From positions 1,020,001 to 1,052,000 of the forward strand of contig NZ_LT934425.1 in NCBI RefSeq assembly GCF_900232105.1: a DNA stretch of 32,000 bases, read 5' to 3'. Shown piece after piece: positions 9,566-18,322 of this stretch; the stretch's first letter is position 1, and every line of letters begins with the position of its first letter. The notes beneath the pieces are model-generated. The model did not search any database, had not been told where the DNA came from, and saw only the letters and a list, made by a program, of their open reading frames with translations. The translations under genes and the position numbers were made by a program. The stretch comes from Candidatus Kuenenia stuttgartensis. GTDB lineage: Bacteria > Planctomycetota > Brocadiia > Brocadiales > Brocadiaceae.

Positions 9566-9642
9566 CTACAGTCTACAGCCGGCAAATTGCAAATTGCAGA
9601 TTGCAGATTGTGGACTGTAGATTGCCGACTGCCGACTGTACA
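9566..9642 (-). repeat. Heptamer-phased element (family 1), 45 nt after the AsmA-like stop
   Basis: Eleven in-phase heptamers on the plus strand: ctacagt ctacagc cggcaaa ttgcaaa ttgcaga ttgcaga ttgtgga ctgtaga ttgccga ctgccga ctgtaca. In coding sense these read cagtcgg cagtcgg caatcta cagtcca caatctg caatctg caatttg caatttg ccggctg tagactg. Confidence 0.8.
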
Positions 9643-9686
9643 GTATTCCCCATTAATAAGGTAAGCAAGGGGTAGTTTCCCCCAAC

Positions 9687-12017
9687 TTATTGAGAAGTTC
9701 TGTTTTTTATTGTTGTGTTATTTGCACTATTCTCTGTATTGGGCATTACTTCAAACATGTTTTTAATGGATTTCCGAAATGGTTTAAATGGAACCGGGTG
9801 GATTTCAGGATCAGAGATAGTGCCTTTAATCTCCACAACAGTCAATTGTTTTCGTACGCCGCCTACAACAAAATCGAATAAATTTCCAATTAAGGGGAGT
9901 TGAGAAAAGAAGCCCTTCTCAAAACCTGTGACAACAGTTACGCCAAGTGTTCCATTAAGACCAATGTCGCCTTTTCCCACAAGATCTACCGTATCGCTGG
10001 AAATAATGCCCTCGATAATATTAACAACATTGTCTTTGACGGAAAAATTGAGTTTTGCGGTATCAAAGGTTTCCTTTTGGGGTAGTCTTAAATTGAAAAA
10101 TTTGAAAATGTTAAGAATTATAGGAATGTCTGAAAGATATCCATTGGTGATGTTAATTTGTCCTTCAGCATAAAAATCCTTCAGGTCGCTGCCGTACCCA
10201 TGGTACTTAACCCTTCCGTCGAGAATACCTGAAAGCTGTTTTCCTTCAAGATTAAATTTTTTTACGAATTCTTCCAATACGATTCTTGAAAATGTCAATT
10301 CGCCTTCATATTTGTAAGGCTCAGTGTTTGTTTTAATGGAAATGGAGCCATCTACGTTCCCGCCCCAGCAATTAGCGTTGATGTGCTTGCTGTAAAGTTG
10401 TTCTTTGTTGATATCCAACCTCCCGTCAATTCCCCATAAGGCAAATTTATACGTATCGTTTCTGATTTCAAAGTCTTTTAAGTTAACTTCCACCGTATAA
10501 TCGTTTCTTTCTGCTTCCTTAAATCCCTGGAAAACAACCGTAAGGTTTGCTTTACCACGAGGGTTAAGGATATCCCATAACTTTTGCTTAATGGCGGTTT
10601 TTTCGCTTAATATATTCAAAAAATTTTCTGTAACAACTACGTTAGGGATGTTAACATTCAACATTTTCCTTTCAGTTTCTATGTTATATATGCCATTTAT
10701 TTCCATAAAGATGTGCTGGTTGTCGTATTTAAGAAAACCACTGGTATTTTTTAATAGAATAATATTATTGCAGAATTTAATGGGGCCATTTATATACGAC
10801 AGGGGAAATGGCATTTCCGGAGAATTGACAGCAACATCCTTGCAATCGGCCACTAAAAAAATGTTGCCATTTGTATCCTCTCCTTCACTGTATTGAAATG
10901 TTATGTCTGCAAAGCCGGTAGGTTGGAGTTTCGACCACACTTCTTTACCAAAACGAGGGATATTTTCAAGAAAATGTTTATTTATGAAAAGGTTGGGAAC
11001 ATTTGCCACAATTATTTTTTCTTTACCGGAAAGATTGACGGTTCCTTTCAGATCAACCTGTGACGTATAGTCACCGTTTTTGATGTATGCTGTGATATTA
11101 CTGATGTATAGTGTATTGTTGCTCATCTTCAGGACACCGTTCACATTAGAAGCGGGGAGAGACAAATCTTTATATATTGCATTCAGCGCGTTGAGGTGAA
11201 TCGTAACGTCATAGTCAATTTTCTCCTGGTTATTTTTATTGTTAAAGCTGGCAATGCAGGAGAAATTGACCTTTCCCTCCGGTTGATACTCATCCCATAT
11301 ATGTTTTCCATAAAAAGGGAACAGGCAGAGAAATTCTTCGTTCAGGGTCATATTATGCGCGTCTAATGTAATGCTCAGGGCTGGTATGTCCGGGCACATT
11401 TTCATAGAGAAAGAATAATTCCCCATATGTTCATCGGCGATGGTTCCTCTGGCAGTGATATTTTCGAAGGAACCGGCAAACGGCATAAACGAAATATTGA
11501 TTCCCGAGAGTTTAATTTCCGGGTTGCGTAATTCAGGGTTTTCCTTGATGTGAACTTTTAAACCGCGGGCTTCAATTCCATTGTGTAATACATCAGAAAA
11601 AAGGGGCAGATTCGCATTTTCAAAACCTTCTTTTATACCATCCAAAAGTTCCCAAATGCCGGCGGGTTTTTCTACAGTTAATTCCGGGTTGATAGCAATA
11701 ATTTTAACAACATTGAATTCTTTCTTAAGCAAACGTTTCAGATCATATTCGATTACTACCTTCTGGCATTTAAAAAACTTGTTCTGCATTATTCCGGATT
11801 TGCCGGAGAGGAAGATATCTTCGAGGAGAATACCTTCTGCAAAATTAAAGTGCGCCCTTTCAATATGTATATCGCCAAGATTTTGAAAGGCGTCTAATAT
11901 CCTGCCTTTTATAGCCTCGTCCGAAGTTAGTTTGCTAATGAAAATATATCCGGCAATGCCGGCGCCTGCAATGATTAACGAAAAGCAAACAAATATAATA
12001 AATACTATTTTTTTCAT
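9687..12017 (-). CDS. AsmA/TamB-like envelope biogenesis protein (N-terminal membrane anchor, long beta-rich periplasmic body)
   Basis: A 776-aa ORF. It has a single N-terminal TM helix (IVFIIFVCFSLIIAGAGIAGYIFI) and a long Asn/Lys/Ile-rich, repetitive beta-like body. The C-terminal segment VDLVGKGDIGLNGTLGV...VVEIKGTISDPEI resembles the AsmA-family C-terminal region. The family assignment is from memory, not from a search. Confidence 0.45.
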   Translation of the reverse strand: MKKIVFIIFVCFSLIIAGAGIAGYIFISKLTSDEAIKGRILDAFQNLGDIHIERAHFNFAEGILLEDIFLSGKSGIMQNKFFKCQKVVIEYDLKRLLKKEFNVVKIIAINPELTVEKPAGIWELLDGIKEGFENANLPLFSDVLHNGIEARGLKVHIKENPELRNPEIKLSGINISFMPFAGSFENITARGTIADEHMGNYSFSMKMCPDIPALSITLDAHNMTLNEEFLCLFPFYGKHIWDEYQPEGKVNFSCIASFNNKNNQEKIDYDVTIHLNALNAIYKDLSLPASNVNGVLKMSNNTLYISNITAYIKNGDYTSQVDLKGTVNLSGKEKIIVANVPNLFINKHFLENIPRFGKEVWSKLQPTGFADITFQYSEGEDTNGNIFLVADCKDVAVNSPEMPFPLSYINGPIKFCNNIILLKNTSGFLKYDNQHIFMEINGIYNIETERKMLNVNIPNVVVTENFLNILSEKTAIKQKLWDILNPRGKANLTVVFQGFKEAERNDYTVEVNLKDFEIRNDTYKFALWGIDGRLDINKEQLYSKHINANCWGGNVDGSISIKTNTEPYKYEGELTFSRIVLEEFVKKFNLEGKQLSGILDGRVKYHGYGSDLKDFYAEGQINITNGYLSDIPIILNIFKFFNLRLPQKETFDTAKLNFSVKDNVVNIIEGIISSDTVDLVGKGDIGLNGTLGVTVVTGFEKGFFSQLPLIGNLFDFVVGGVRKQLTVVEIKGTISDPEIHPVPFKPFRKSIKNMFEVMPNTENSANNTTIKNRTSQ

Positions 12018-12132
12018 GAAAGCGATGTGTTATTCATAGAGACGTATGTGGTGCGCAATAAGTTTTTCTACAGTCCACAGTTACTACCTTCGCAGTAATT
12101 TCTTTGCACTTTTTGGCAAAATATTTACTGGT

Positions 12133-12355
12133 GAAATCCGAAATACGAAACCAGAAATACGAAACAAATTCTAATGACAAAATGATTTGAAATTCTAATC
12201 AAATGCCTCTTTTGTATCTTGCATTTCGTGCTTCATAATTGTTGTATGTTTTGGATTTGTTTTAAATTTTATGCTTTATTATTCGGATTTGTTTCGTATT
12301 TCGTATTTCGTATTTCGTATTTTTTATTTCTCGCTTATTTGATTCTGGCTATGCC
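12133..12355. repeat. Composite AT-rich palindromic repeat block (family 3) between the cassette stop and the AsmA-like start
   Basis: The left arm, 12133..12204, reads gaaatccgaaatacgaaaccagaaatacgaaacaaattctaatgacaaaatgatttgaaattctaa. The right arm, 12252..12355, contains tttcgta x3 (ttcggatttgtttcgtatttcgtatttcgtatt). The arms are partly complementary (gaaatacgaaacaaat pairs with atttgtttcgtatttc). Confidence 0.75.
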
Positions 12356-12358
12356 AGC

Positions 12359-13405
12359 TTAGGCGATAGTCAGTTTTTTCACGGGTCTTCTTAACTCCAG
12401 GGGGTCAATGCCCTCCTTCATTGCAGCAAGGAGACCGCCTGTTTCCCAGTAATTTTCTGCAACGATCACATTCTTCATTCGTAAAATATCCGGAGTGGCT
12501 TTCATCACCGTCGTGTTTTCCTTTACCGCAATTATAGGTATCCCCCATTTTTGTGCGGCAAGGGCAGGAATACCGCCCATGCAGGTATAGGGAAGAATAA
12601 TTGCATCGACATCATTAACTCTCACATCCCCACCCTGTGTAACGAGTCTGGGCGCCCTGTCCAGTCCGCGCAAAACGCTTCCAAGATATGCAGGGCCTAT
12701 TGCTTCTGCTGCCGCCCTTGGATCAACCGTTCCGCTATGCGTTTCCCGGTAAATTTCATATTTGCTCAATAACGGGGCGTGCGCTGCGGGCAACCCAAAC
12801 GTGGCAGAGACCAGATGAGAAACCACGGCTTCTGCTCCTCCATAGGGATTTGCCCCTTTTCCATCAAAGTATGCCTTTAAATCCTTCATATCAATTTTAA
12901 TATTGAGCGAAATCGCCAGCGCCTGAGCGCCCTGCTTTATTGCTTCCCTGCAAGCCTCAATAAGCGTCTGTTCGTGTTCAATTTCTCCCACGAAAGAATT
13001 ACTTTTTGTTTTTACCGCCTGCGTCATCGTCTCCTTTTTTGTTTTAAGCACGCAGACTATTTCCACTCCCCCGACAGTCCTCAAAGCGTTGATTGTATTT
13101 ACCGCCAGATCATATCCCTCTGTTTCTATTCCCTTGTCTAACACAACCCCGATCTTATTCTTTTCCACTTCCTTCAGTTCCGCTTCACCCTTGAAAAATC
13201 TATCCAGGGAATATCCTTCAACGTAGAGAACGTTTCTTCCCGCAAGGTTAAGCACAACTCCGTTGACGACGTTCGGATGAGAAATCACCTTATCGGCAAT
13301 CGACGCAATCATGTTGGTTGCGGGCGTGGCATCTCCAACGTATCCGCCAATATCCGCCCCCACGCCTGTAGGGATAATGTGCGCCACAACAAACTGGTTA
13401 GCCAT
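12359..13405 (-). CDS. Conserved hypothetical protein (348 aa) with an N-terminal Gly-rich loop; possibly DUF3326-like (unverified)
   Basis: A clean 348-aa ORF with protein-like composition. It has the N-terminal motif VAHIIPTGVGADIGGYVGDATPA and a C-terminal region ILPYTCMGGIPALAAQKWGIPIIAVKENTT. I recognise no catalytic family with confidence. Confidence 0.8.
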   Translation of the reverse strand: MANQFVVAHIIPTGVGADIGGYVGDATPATNMIASIADKVISHPNVVNGVVLNLAGRNVLYVEGYSLDRFFKGEAELKEVEKNKIGVVLDKGIETEGYDLAVNTINALRTVGGVEIVCVLKTKKETMTQAVKTKSNSFVGEIEHEQTLIEACREAIKQGAQALAISLNIKIDMKDLKAYFDGKGANPYGGAEAVVSHLVSATFGLPAAHAPLLSKYEIYRETHSGTVDPRAAAEAIGPAYLGSVLRGLDRAPRLVTQGGDVRVNDVDAIILPYTCMGGIPALAAQKWGIPIIAVKENTTVMKATPDILRMKNVIVAENYWETGGLLAAMKEGIDPLELRRPVKKLTIA

Positions 13406-13613
13406 GTATACCCCCGCCGGTTTTTCTTTTCGTCACGGTATCATTCACCATAATTGCGGCGTCAACGATCAGGTCTTCCCCGATTACCTCTACAATGGCA
13501 AATCTCAGTACTTCACCTGTTAGTGTATTATTGAAATGCTCCTGAAGGTATTCAAGCAGTTGCGTGCAGTCAACGCCGTTCCTGGGGATTTTTATTCTCT
13601 TTGAAACTACCAT
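13398..13613 (-). CDS. Small hypothetical protein (71 aa), translationally coupled to the downstream 348-aa gene
   Basis: The ORF track gives 13398..13631 from a TTG. The ATG at 13611..13613 (MVVSKRIKIPRNG...) lies 10 nt after aagga. Its stop overlaps the start of the 348-aa gene by 8 nt. I do not recognise a family. Confidence 0.55.
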   Translation of the reverse strand: MVVSKRIKIPRNGVDCTQLLEYLQEHFNNTLTGEVLRFAIVEVIGEDLIVDAAIMVNDTVTKRKTGGGIHG

Positions 13614-13759
13614 ACGTATATTATCCTTCAATAAAGCCTTGTAAAAACAAAAGTAGTCTGTAGTCTATGGCAAAAAGAGTAAAGGGGTTGTTTTTCAGGA
13701 GATAGAAGTACTCTGTCGTTTTTTGAAAACATAGGGGCGAAGCATTTGACGTATCTTCA

Positions 13760-13880
13760 TTAGGCACTTAGGCACTGTAAATAAATAAAGGTATCAAGTA
13801 GATCAATTTCATGCTCTGGAAACATGCAATCAAGGCTTCAAAGTGAGACGTTAATTTATTTACAGCGCCTTAGCGCCTAA
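13760..13880. repeat. 121-bp unit bounded by 27-bp imperfect inverted repeats
   Basis: The arm ttaggcacttaggcactgtaaataaat (13760..13786) pairs with atttatttacagcgccttagcgcctaa (13854..13880), with 24 of 27 positions complementary. The spacer is 67 nt. Confidence 0.7.
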
Positions 13881-13904
13881 ATATCGACAATTTTTTGTCG
13901 ATAT
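13881..13904. repeat. Perfect 10-bp stem / 4-nt loop palindrome
   Basis: atatcgacaa-tttt-ttgtcgatat, read directly. Confidence 0.7.
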
Positions 13905-13916
13905 ACCAAAGCATCT

Positions 13917-14125
13917 AAATTCGAATATCGAAATTCGAAACAATACAGAAACTCAAAATACAAACGTTCAAAACCACTCAACTATTATGGTTTTGGTCAT
14001 TTCAAATTTTGTTTTTTTGGGATTTGTTTAGAATTTCAAATCATTTTGTCATTAGGATTTGTTTCGGATTTCGTGTTTCGTATTTCATATTTTTTATCTC
14101 ATGCTTGTCTGGTTCTAACGATGCC
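13917..14125. repeat. Composite AT-rich palindromic repeat block (family 3) downstream of the CBS gene and upstream of the cassette
   Basis: The left arm, 13917..13977, reads aaattcgaatatcgaaattcgaaacaatacagaaactcaaaatacaaacgttcaaaaccac. The right arm, 13998..14125, contains ttagaatttcaaatcattttgtcattaggatttgtttcggatttcgtgtttcgtatttc. Segment 14054..14125 is a direct homologue of 12283..12355. The 28-mer at 14028..14055 is the exact reverse complement of 12171..12198. Confidence 0.75.
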
Positions 14126-14189
14126 TATTTAGGAATTTCAATGTAAAAAACATCGTTTTGATTGAAATGAAAATTACCGGTGAAATTCA

Positions 14190-14687
14190 CTACGACTCTG
14201 AATGGATAATGTCTTCGCTTTTATATTGAGTTTGTTTGAATTCTGTGAAAACTTCCATTTTGCCATGTTCGGTGCTAATCCTGACAAATTCCGGACGTAG
14301 TACACCATAAACACATCTTAAAACGTCTCCCCTCGAGATTACTCCCACAGGGACCATATCTTTGACAACGGGAATACGAATAATCGCTTCCTTTGCCATT
14401 ATATGAATCACCTTTTCAATTGTAGTATCTTCTTCTACACAAATAGGCTTTTTGGTCATGATATCCTCTGCCGTTACCTGTTCCAGACTTTTTCCCTGAT
14501 CCATTGCTTTTATAAGATCAAATTCAGTTATTATTCCAACAACCTCATTATTATTATTTACGACAGGCATTCCGCTAAAATTGCCGGTCAATAATTTTTC
14601 GGCCAAAGATCTTCCAAGTGTTTCTTTTTTAGCCGCAGTGATTGTTTTCCTCATAACATCCTTTGCCATAATAACGTCTGTAACCAT
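14190..14687 (-). CDS. CBS-pair domain protein
   Basis: A 165-aa ORF with a strong RBS (aaggag) 8 nt upstream of the ATG at 14687. It has two CBS repeats (VMRKTITAAKKETL...GMPVVNNNNEVVGIITEFDLIKAM and IMTKKPICVEEDTTIEKVIHIMAKEAIIRIPVVKDMVPVGVISRGDVLR). Confidence 0.85.
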   Translation of the reverse strand: MVTDVIMAKDVMRKTITAAKKETLGRSLAEKLLTGNFSGMPVVNNNNEVVGIITEFDLIKAMDQGKSLEQVTAEDIMTKKPICVEEDTTIEKVIHIMAKEAIIRIPVVKDMVPVGVISRGDVLRCVYGVLRPEFVRISTEHGKMEVFTEFKQTQYKSEDIIHSES

Positions 14688-14822
14688 AATAGTTGTCTCC
14701 TTTCGAAATTTAATAAGATTTTATAAAAATAATATTTTTCATCTGCACTGTAAGTAAAAGAAAATGTATGTCTTAAATTACCATAAAATTAGTCGGGATT
14801 TTCCATGCAGTGCGTAGCTATG

Positions 14823-16700
14823 CTATGCATTATTAAGTATTTTTTCCACATCTTCTTTTTCAAGGGTTTCTTCTTTAATGAGTGCTTCTGCCAGTTTTTC
14901 AAGAGAGGATTGGTTGTTTTTTAGAATTTCTGATGCCCTTGCCTCTGCTTCCAGTATTATCTTTTGTATTTCCTGATCCATAAGCCATGCCATATCCTCG
15001 CTGTAACGCTTTTGAAATGCGAGCTCCCTTCCTAAAAATGGATGATCTTCTCCCCGCCCAAGGCTAAGGGGGCCTATTTTGTCGCTCATGCCCCATTGCG
15101 CAACCATTTTCTCGGCAAGTGCGGTAGCCTCTTTGAGATCATTTTGTGCGCCGGTGCTTACGTCGTTAAAAATCAACTTTTCCGCACATCGTCCGGCAAG
15201 TGCAACGGTGAGTTTGTTCACCAGGTATTGTTTCGGATAATAGTGACGGTCTTCTTCCGGTAGTATTTGCGTTACCCCCATTGCCAATCCTCTTGGGACG
15301 ATGCTTACTTTATGTATGGGATCTGTTCCGGGCAGCTTGATTGATACAAGCGTGTGCCCTGCCTCATGATACGCGGTAATACGTTTTTCCAAATCGTTGA
15401 TTATTTCTTCCCTGACAGTACCCATAAGTATCTTGTCTCTCGCGTCATCGAAGTCTTCGTTGTTGATGGTTTTTTTCTTTTTACGCACAGCGATAAGGGC
15501 GGCTTCATTTGCAAGATTTTCGAGGTCTGCACCCGTCATACCCGGGGTTCCTCTGGCGATCTTCTCAAGATCAACCTTATCGGCAAGTTTCTTGTTTCTG
15601 ACGTGAACTTCAAGGATTTTTCTACGTTCCTTCCATCCAGGCTTATCAATTACCAACTGCCTGTCGAATCTGCCCGGCCTGAGAAGCGCCGGATCAAGCA
15701 CGTCTGGCCGGTTTGTAGCGGCCATTACAATTACTTCCGTGTGAGGGTCAAAGCCGTCCATTTCTGACAAAAGCTGGTTTAATGTCTGTTCCCGTTCGTC
15801 GTGTCCACCCCCAAACCCTGCTCCGCGGGTTCTCCCCACGGCATCGATTTCGTCAATAAAGATAATGCTCGGATGCGCGTCTTTTGCCTTTTTAAACATA
15901 TCCCTGACGCGTGCTGCCCCCACACCTACAAACATCTCGATAAATTCCGATGCGCTGATGCTGTAAAATGGCACACCTGCCTCTCCTGCAGTTGCCCTGG
16001 CGAGGAGTGTTTTCCCCGTTCCAGGCGGGCCTATAAGCAGTACGCCCTTTGGCACTTTTGCCCCGATCTTTTCAAATTTGCCAGGATCTTTAAGGAATTC
16101 TATCACCTCTGTCAATTCCTTTTTCACATTATCCATGCCGGCCACTTCACAGTATGTGACCTTTGGCTTTTTTACATCAAAAAGAGTCGCCTTACTCTGC
16201 CCAAAAGTAAAGAGTCCCCCCGCTCCGCCTCCCACCTGCCTTGCACCTCTCATTACAAGCATCCAAACGCCTATGATGATTACCCACGGAAGAATGCCAA
16301 TAAGAAACTGCCAGAAAAATGAGCCTTCTTCGGAAGATTCGACGCGTATTTCCACACGCCTGCTCCTGAGTTTTTCTATCAATCCCTCTCCCTGGAAAGT
16401 GGGCAGTTGCGTTTTAAAGTCTTTTACGGAAGTTGGTTCCTGGTCTTTGTGCAGCGGAATAAGCGCTTCGTTATAGAATTGACCTGCAATGTGTAATTTT
16501 TTTATGGTAACGGAAGAGATATTGCCCGCGTCCAGTTGTTCCAGGAATTGACTATAAGCAATGGTATGACGAACAGGCACTGAGGTGGAAATGGAATATC
16601 GCTGAAGCATATATATGGCGATAAAAAACAGTGCGAAGATGATGAGTACTTTCCATTGCGGAGACGGCGTAAAAGATTTCGTTTTCTGGTCTTTTTTCAT
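14823..16700 (-). CDS. ftsH: ATP-dependent zinc metalloprotease FtsH
   Basis: It contains Walker A GPPGTGKT, Walker [10 protein letters not shown], the second region of homology [20 protein letters not shown], and the zinc motif HEAGH, plus two N-terminal TM helices. The ATG at 16698..16700 (MKKDQKTK...) is preferred to the TTG at 16736 used by the ORF track. Confidence 0.95.
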   Translation of the reverse strand: MKKDQKTKSFTPSPQWKVLIIFALFFIAIYMLQRYSISTSVPVRHTIAYSQFLEQLDAGNISSVTIKKLHIAGQFYNEALIPLHKDQEPTSVKDFKTQLPTFQGEGLIEKLRSRRVEIRVESSEEGSFFWQFLIGILPWVIIIGVWMLVMRGARQVGGGAGGLFTFGQSKATLFDVKKPKVTYCEVAGMDNVKKELTEVIEFLKDPGKFEKIGAKVPKGVLLIGPPGTGKTLLARATAGEAGVPFYSISASEFIEMFVGVGAARVRDMFKKAKDAHPSIIFIDEIDAVGRTRGAGFGGGHDEREQTLNQLLSEMDGFDPHTEVIVMAATNRPDVLDPALLRPGRFDRQLVIDKPGWKERRKILEVHVRNKKLADKVDLEKIARGTPGMTGADLENLANEAALIAVRKKKKTINNEDFDDARDKILMGTVREEIINDLEKRITAYHEAGHTLVSIKLPGTDPIHKVSIVPRGLAMGVTQILPEEDRHYYPKQYLVNKLTVALAGRCAEKLIFNDVSTGAQNDLKEATALAEKMVAQWGMSDKIGPLSLGRGEDHPFLGRELAFQKRYSEDMAWLMDQEIQKIILEAEARASEILKNNQSSLEKLAEALIKEETLEKEDVEKILNNA

Positions 16701-16708
16701 AAGACTAT

Positions 16709-16736
16709 ATGTTATCTGAATATGTGATATTGTCAA
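16709..16736 (-). promoter_or_regulatory. Candidate sigma70-type promoter for ftsH (TTGACA-16 nt-TAACAT)
   Basis: On the minus strand, TTGACA lies at 16736..16731 and TAACAT at 16714..16709 with a 16-nt spacer. The predicted start site would fall only a few nt before the ATG at 16700, and no SD sequence precedes that ATG. Confidence 0.3.
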
Positions 16737-17070
16737 CCATTTAATTTTCGCAATTATTCACCCAACGAGGGTATTTTACACATAAGCGCTAAGTTAAAAT
16801 TACGGATTAATTTAACCGTGTAATGAATAATAAATATCTAACAATGAACCTGGTGTCTTTATATATTTCGCAAAATAATCTCACTATAGTTTACCAGCAA
16901 TTACATTGAATTTTAATATGTTTTTTGCATATAATCTGTAATTATTTCTCCTTTTTCAAGATACCAAACTGATTCAGGAATAAGTGTTTTTTTTACCTGG
17001 TGGTATCTTGCCGTCTCGTTTTGACAAGAGATGAATTTGAACGGCTTTTGTTATACAGGGAGTACTTTAA

Positions 17071-18261
17071 ATGAATAATATGGTAAAAGACATTGAAAAA
17101 TACATGCAAAATGAAGCAAATGAAATTATAAATTTTGCGTGTAAACTAATAAATACAAAAACCGAAAATCCTCCGGGCAATGAAATTTTGGCCGTTTCGG
17201 TAGTGGAGAAATATTTCAAGCGGCTGAAGATTCCTTACGAAATATTTGAAAAAACGAAGAGCAGGACAAATATTATTGGATATATTGGCGAAAGAGAAAG
17301 ATCGAGGGAGCGCCCTTCATTGCTGGCAGCATGCCATTTGGACGTTGTGCCTGCAGGCGATGGCTGGCAGAGCGACCCCTTTTGCGCACATGTTAAAAAC
17401 GGGAGGATTTTTGGCAGGGGTTCTTCTGACAATAAAGGCCAAATGGCTTCTATGATGGCAGTGGCAAAGTATCTCAAGGAAAATGAATCCGGGCTAAAAG
17501 GCCTGTTTTTGCTGGCAGGTGTTGCCGACGAAGAAAGGGGTTCAGCATTAGGCATGGAGTATTTGCTTGATGAATGCGGCATACATGCCGATTATGCCAT
17601 TATCCCCGACGTGGCGAATAATATGCAAATGATTGACGTGACGGAGAAGGGGGCATTGTTTCTGGAAATAACTTCATTTGGCAAGCAGGCACACGGTTCC
17701 ACTCCGGAGAGGGGTATAAATGCGGTATGGAATATGATCGCCTTCTTAAACCAAATCAGGCATTACAAATTCAGACATGCCTTTCATCCATTGCATTCCC
17801 CTCCAACAATGAATCTGGGATCGATCCATGGCGGAACGGTAGCAAATACGGTGCCTGCCATCTGCAAGGCGCAAATAGACCTGCGCTATTTGCCGGGAGA
17901 TTCGCCTACTGATATTATCAATGACATAAGGAGCATTATGAAGGAGGTCGAAGATCAGCATTCCGCAAGATTTGAATTAAAAATCACGTCTGACCAGCCC
18001 TCTACAAACATTCCTGTCGATAACCCGCTTATAGAAATAATTACAAAACATACGGAGGCAATCTTAGGGACAAAACCGAAGCCTATGGGGCAATCAGGCT
18101 CTACGGTGACGAAACAGCTTATACAAAAGGGTATTACTGCCGTGGGGTTCGGGCCTGGTGACCATGACGAGGCCCATGCCGCAAATGAGTCGATAAGTAT
18201 TCAGGAATTAATCGATTTCGCAAAGATTATGGCACTTATTTCATGGGATATTTTGACGTAA
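17071..18261 (+). CDS. M20-family metallopeptidase (ArgE/DapE-type deacylase)
   Basis: A 396-aa ORF. It contains LLAACHLDVVPAGDGWQSDPF, GRGSSDNKGQMASMMAV, ADEERGS and the C-terminal GPGDHDEAHAANE, the standard metal-ligand blocks of ArgE/DapE/CPG2-like enzymes. The substrate cannot be assigned. Confidence 0.85.
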   Translation: MNNMVKDIEKYMQNEANEIINFACKLINTKTENPPGNEILAVSVVEKYFKRLKIPYEIFEKTKSRTNIIGYIGERERSRERPSLLAACHLDVVPAGDGWQSDPFCAHVKNGRIFGRGSSDNKGQMASMMAVAKYLKENESGLKGLFLLAGVADEERGSALGMEYLLDECGIHADYAIIPDVANNMQMIDVTEKGALFLEITSFGKQAHGSTPERGINAVWNMIAFLNQIRHYKFRHAFHPLHSPPTMNLGSIHGGTVANTVPAICKAQIDLRYLPGDSPTDIINDIRSIMKEVEDQHSARFELKITSDQPSTNIPVDNPLIEIITKHTEAILGTKPKPMGQSGSTVTKQLIQKGITAVGFGPGDHDEAHAANESISIQELIDFAKIMALISWDILT

Positions 18262-18322
18262 AGCACAATCGAGGCCCGTTCAGGCAACTGAATAGTTACA
18301 ATAATATTTTTATAATACGACC

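Noticed and set aside
9566-9642. Could the short-period arrays here, and at 25863, 31181, 5650 and 1291, be CRISPR arrays?
   Set aside because: The period is 7 nt with no unique spacers. CRISPR repeats are 24-48 nt and are separated by spacers of similar length. No cas genes are present in the window.
15801-16476. 173-aa and 132-aa plus-strand ORFs, along with others at 15354..15767.
   Set aside because: They are antisense shadow ORFs inside the strongly supported ftsH gene, with Cys/His/Pro/Ser-rich implausible translations.
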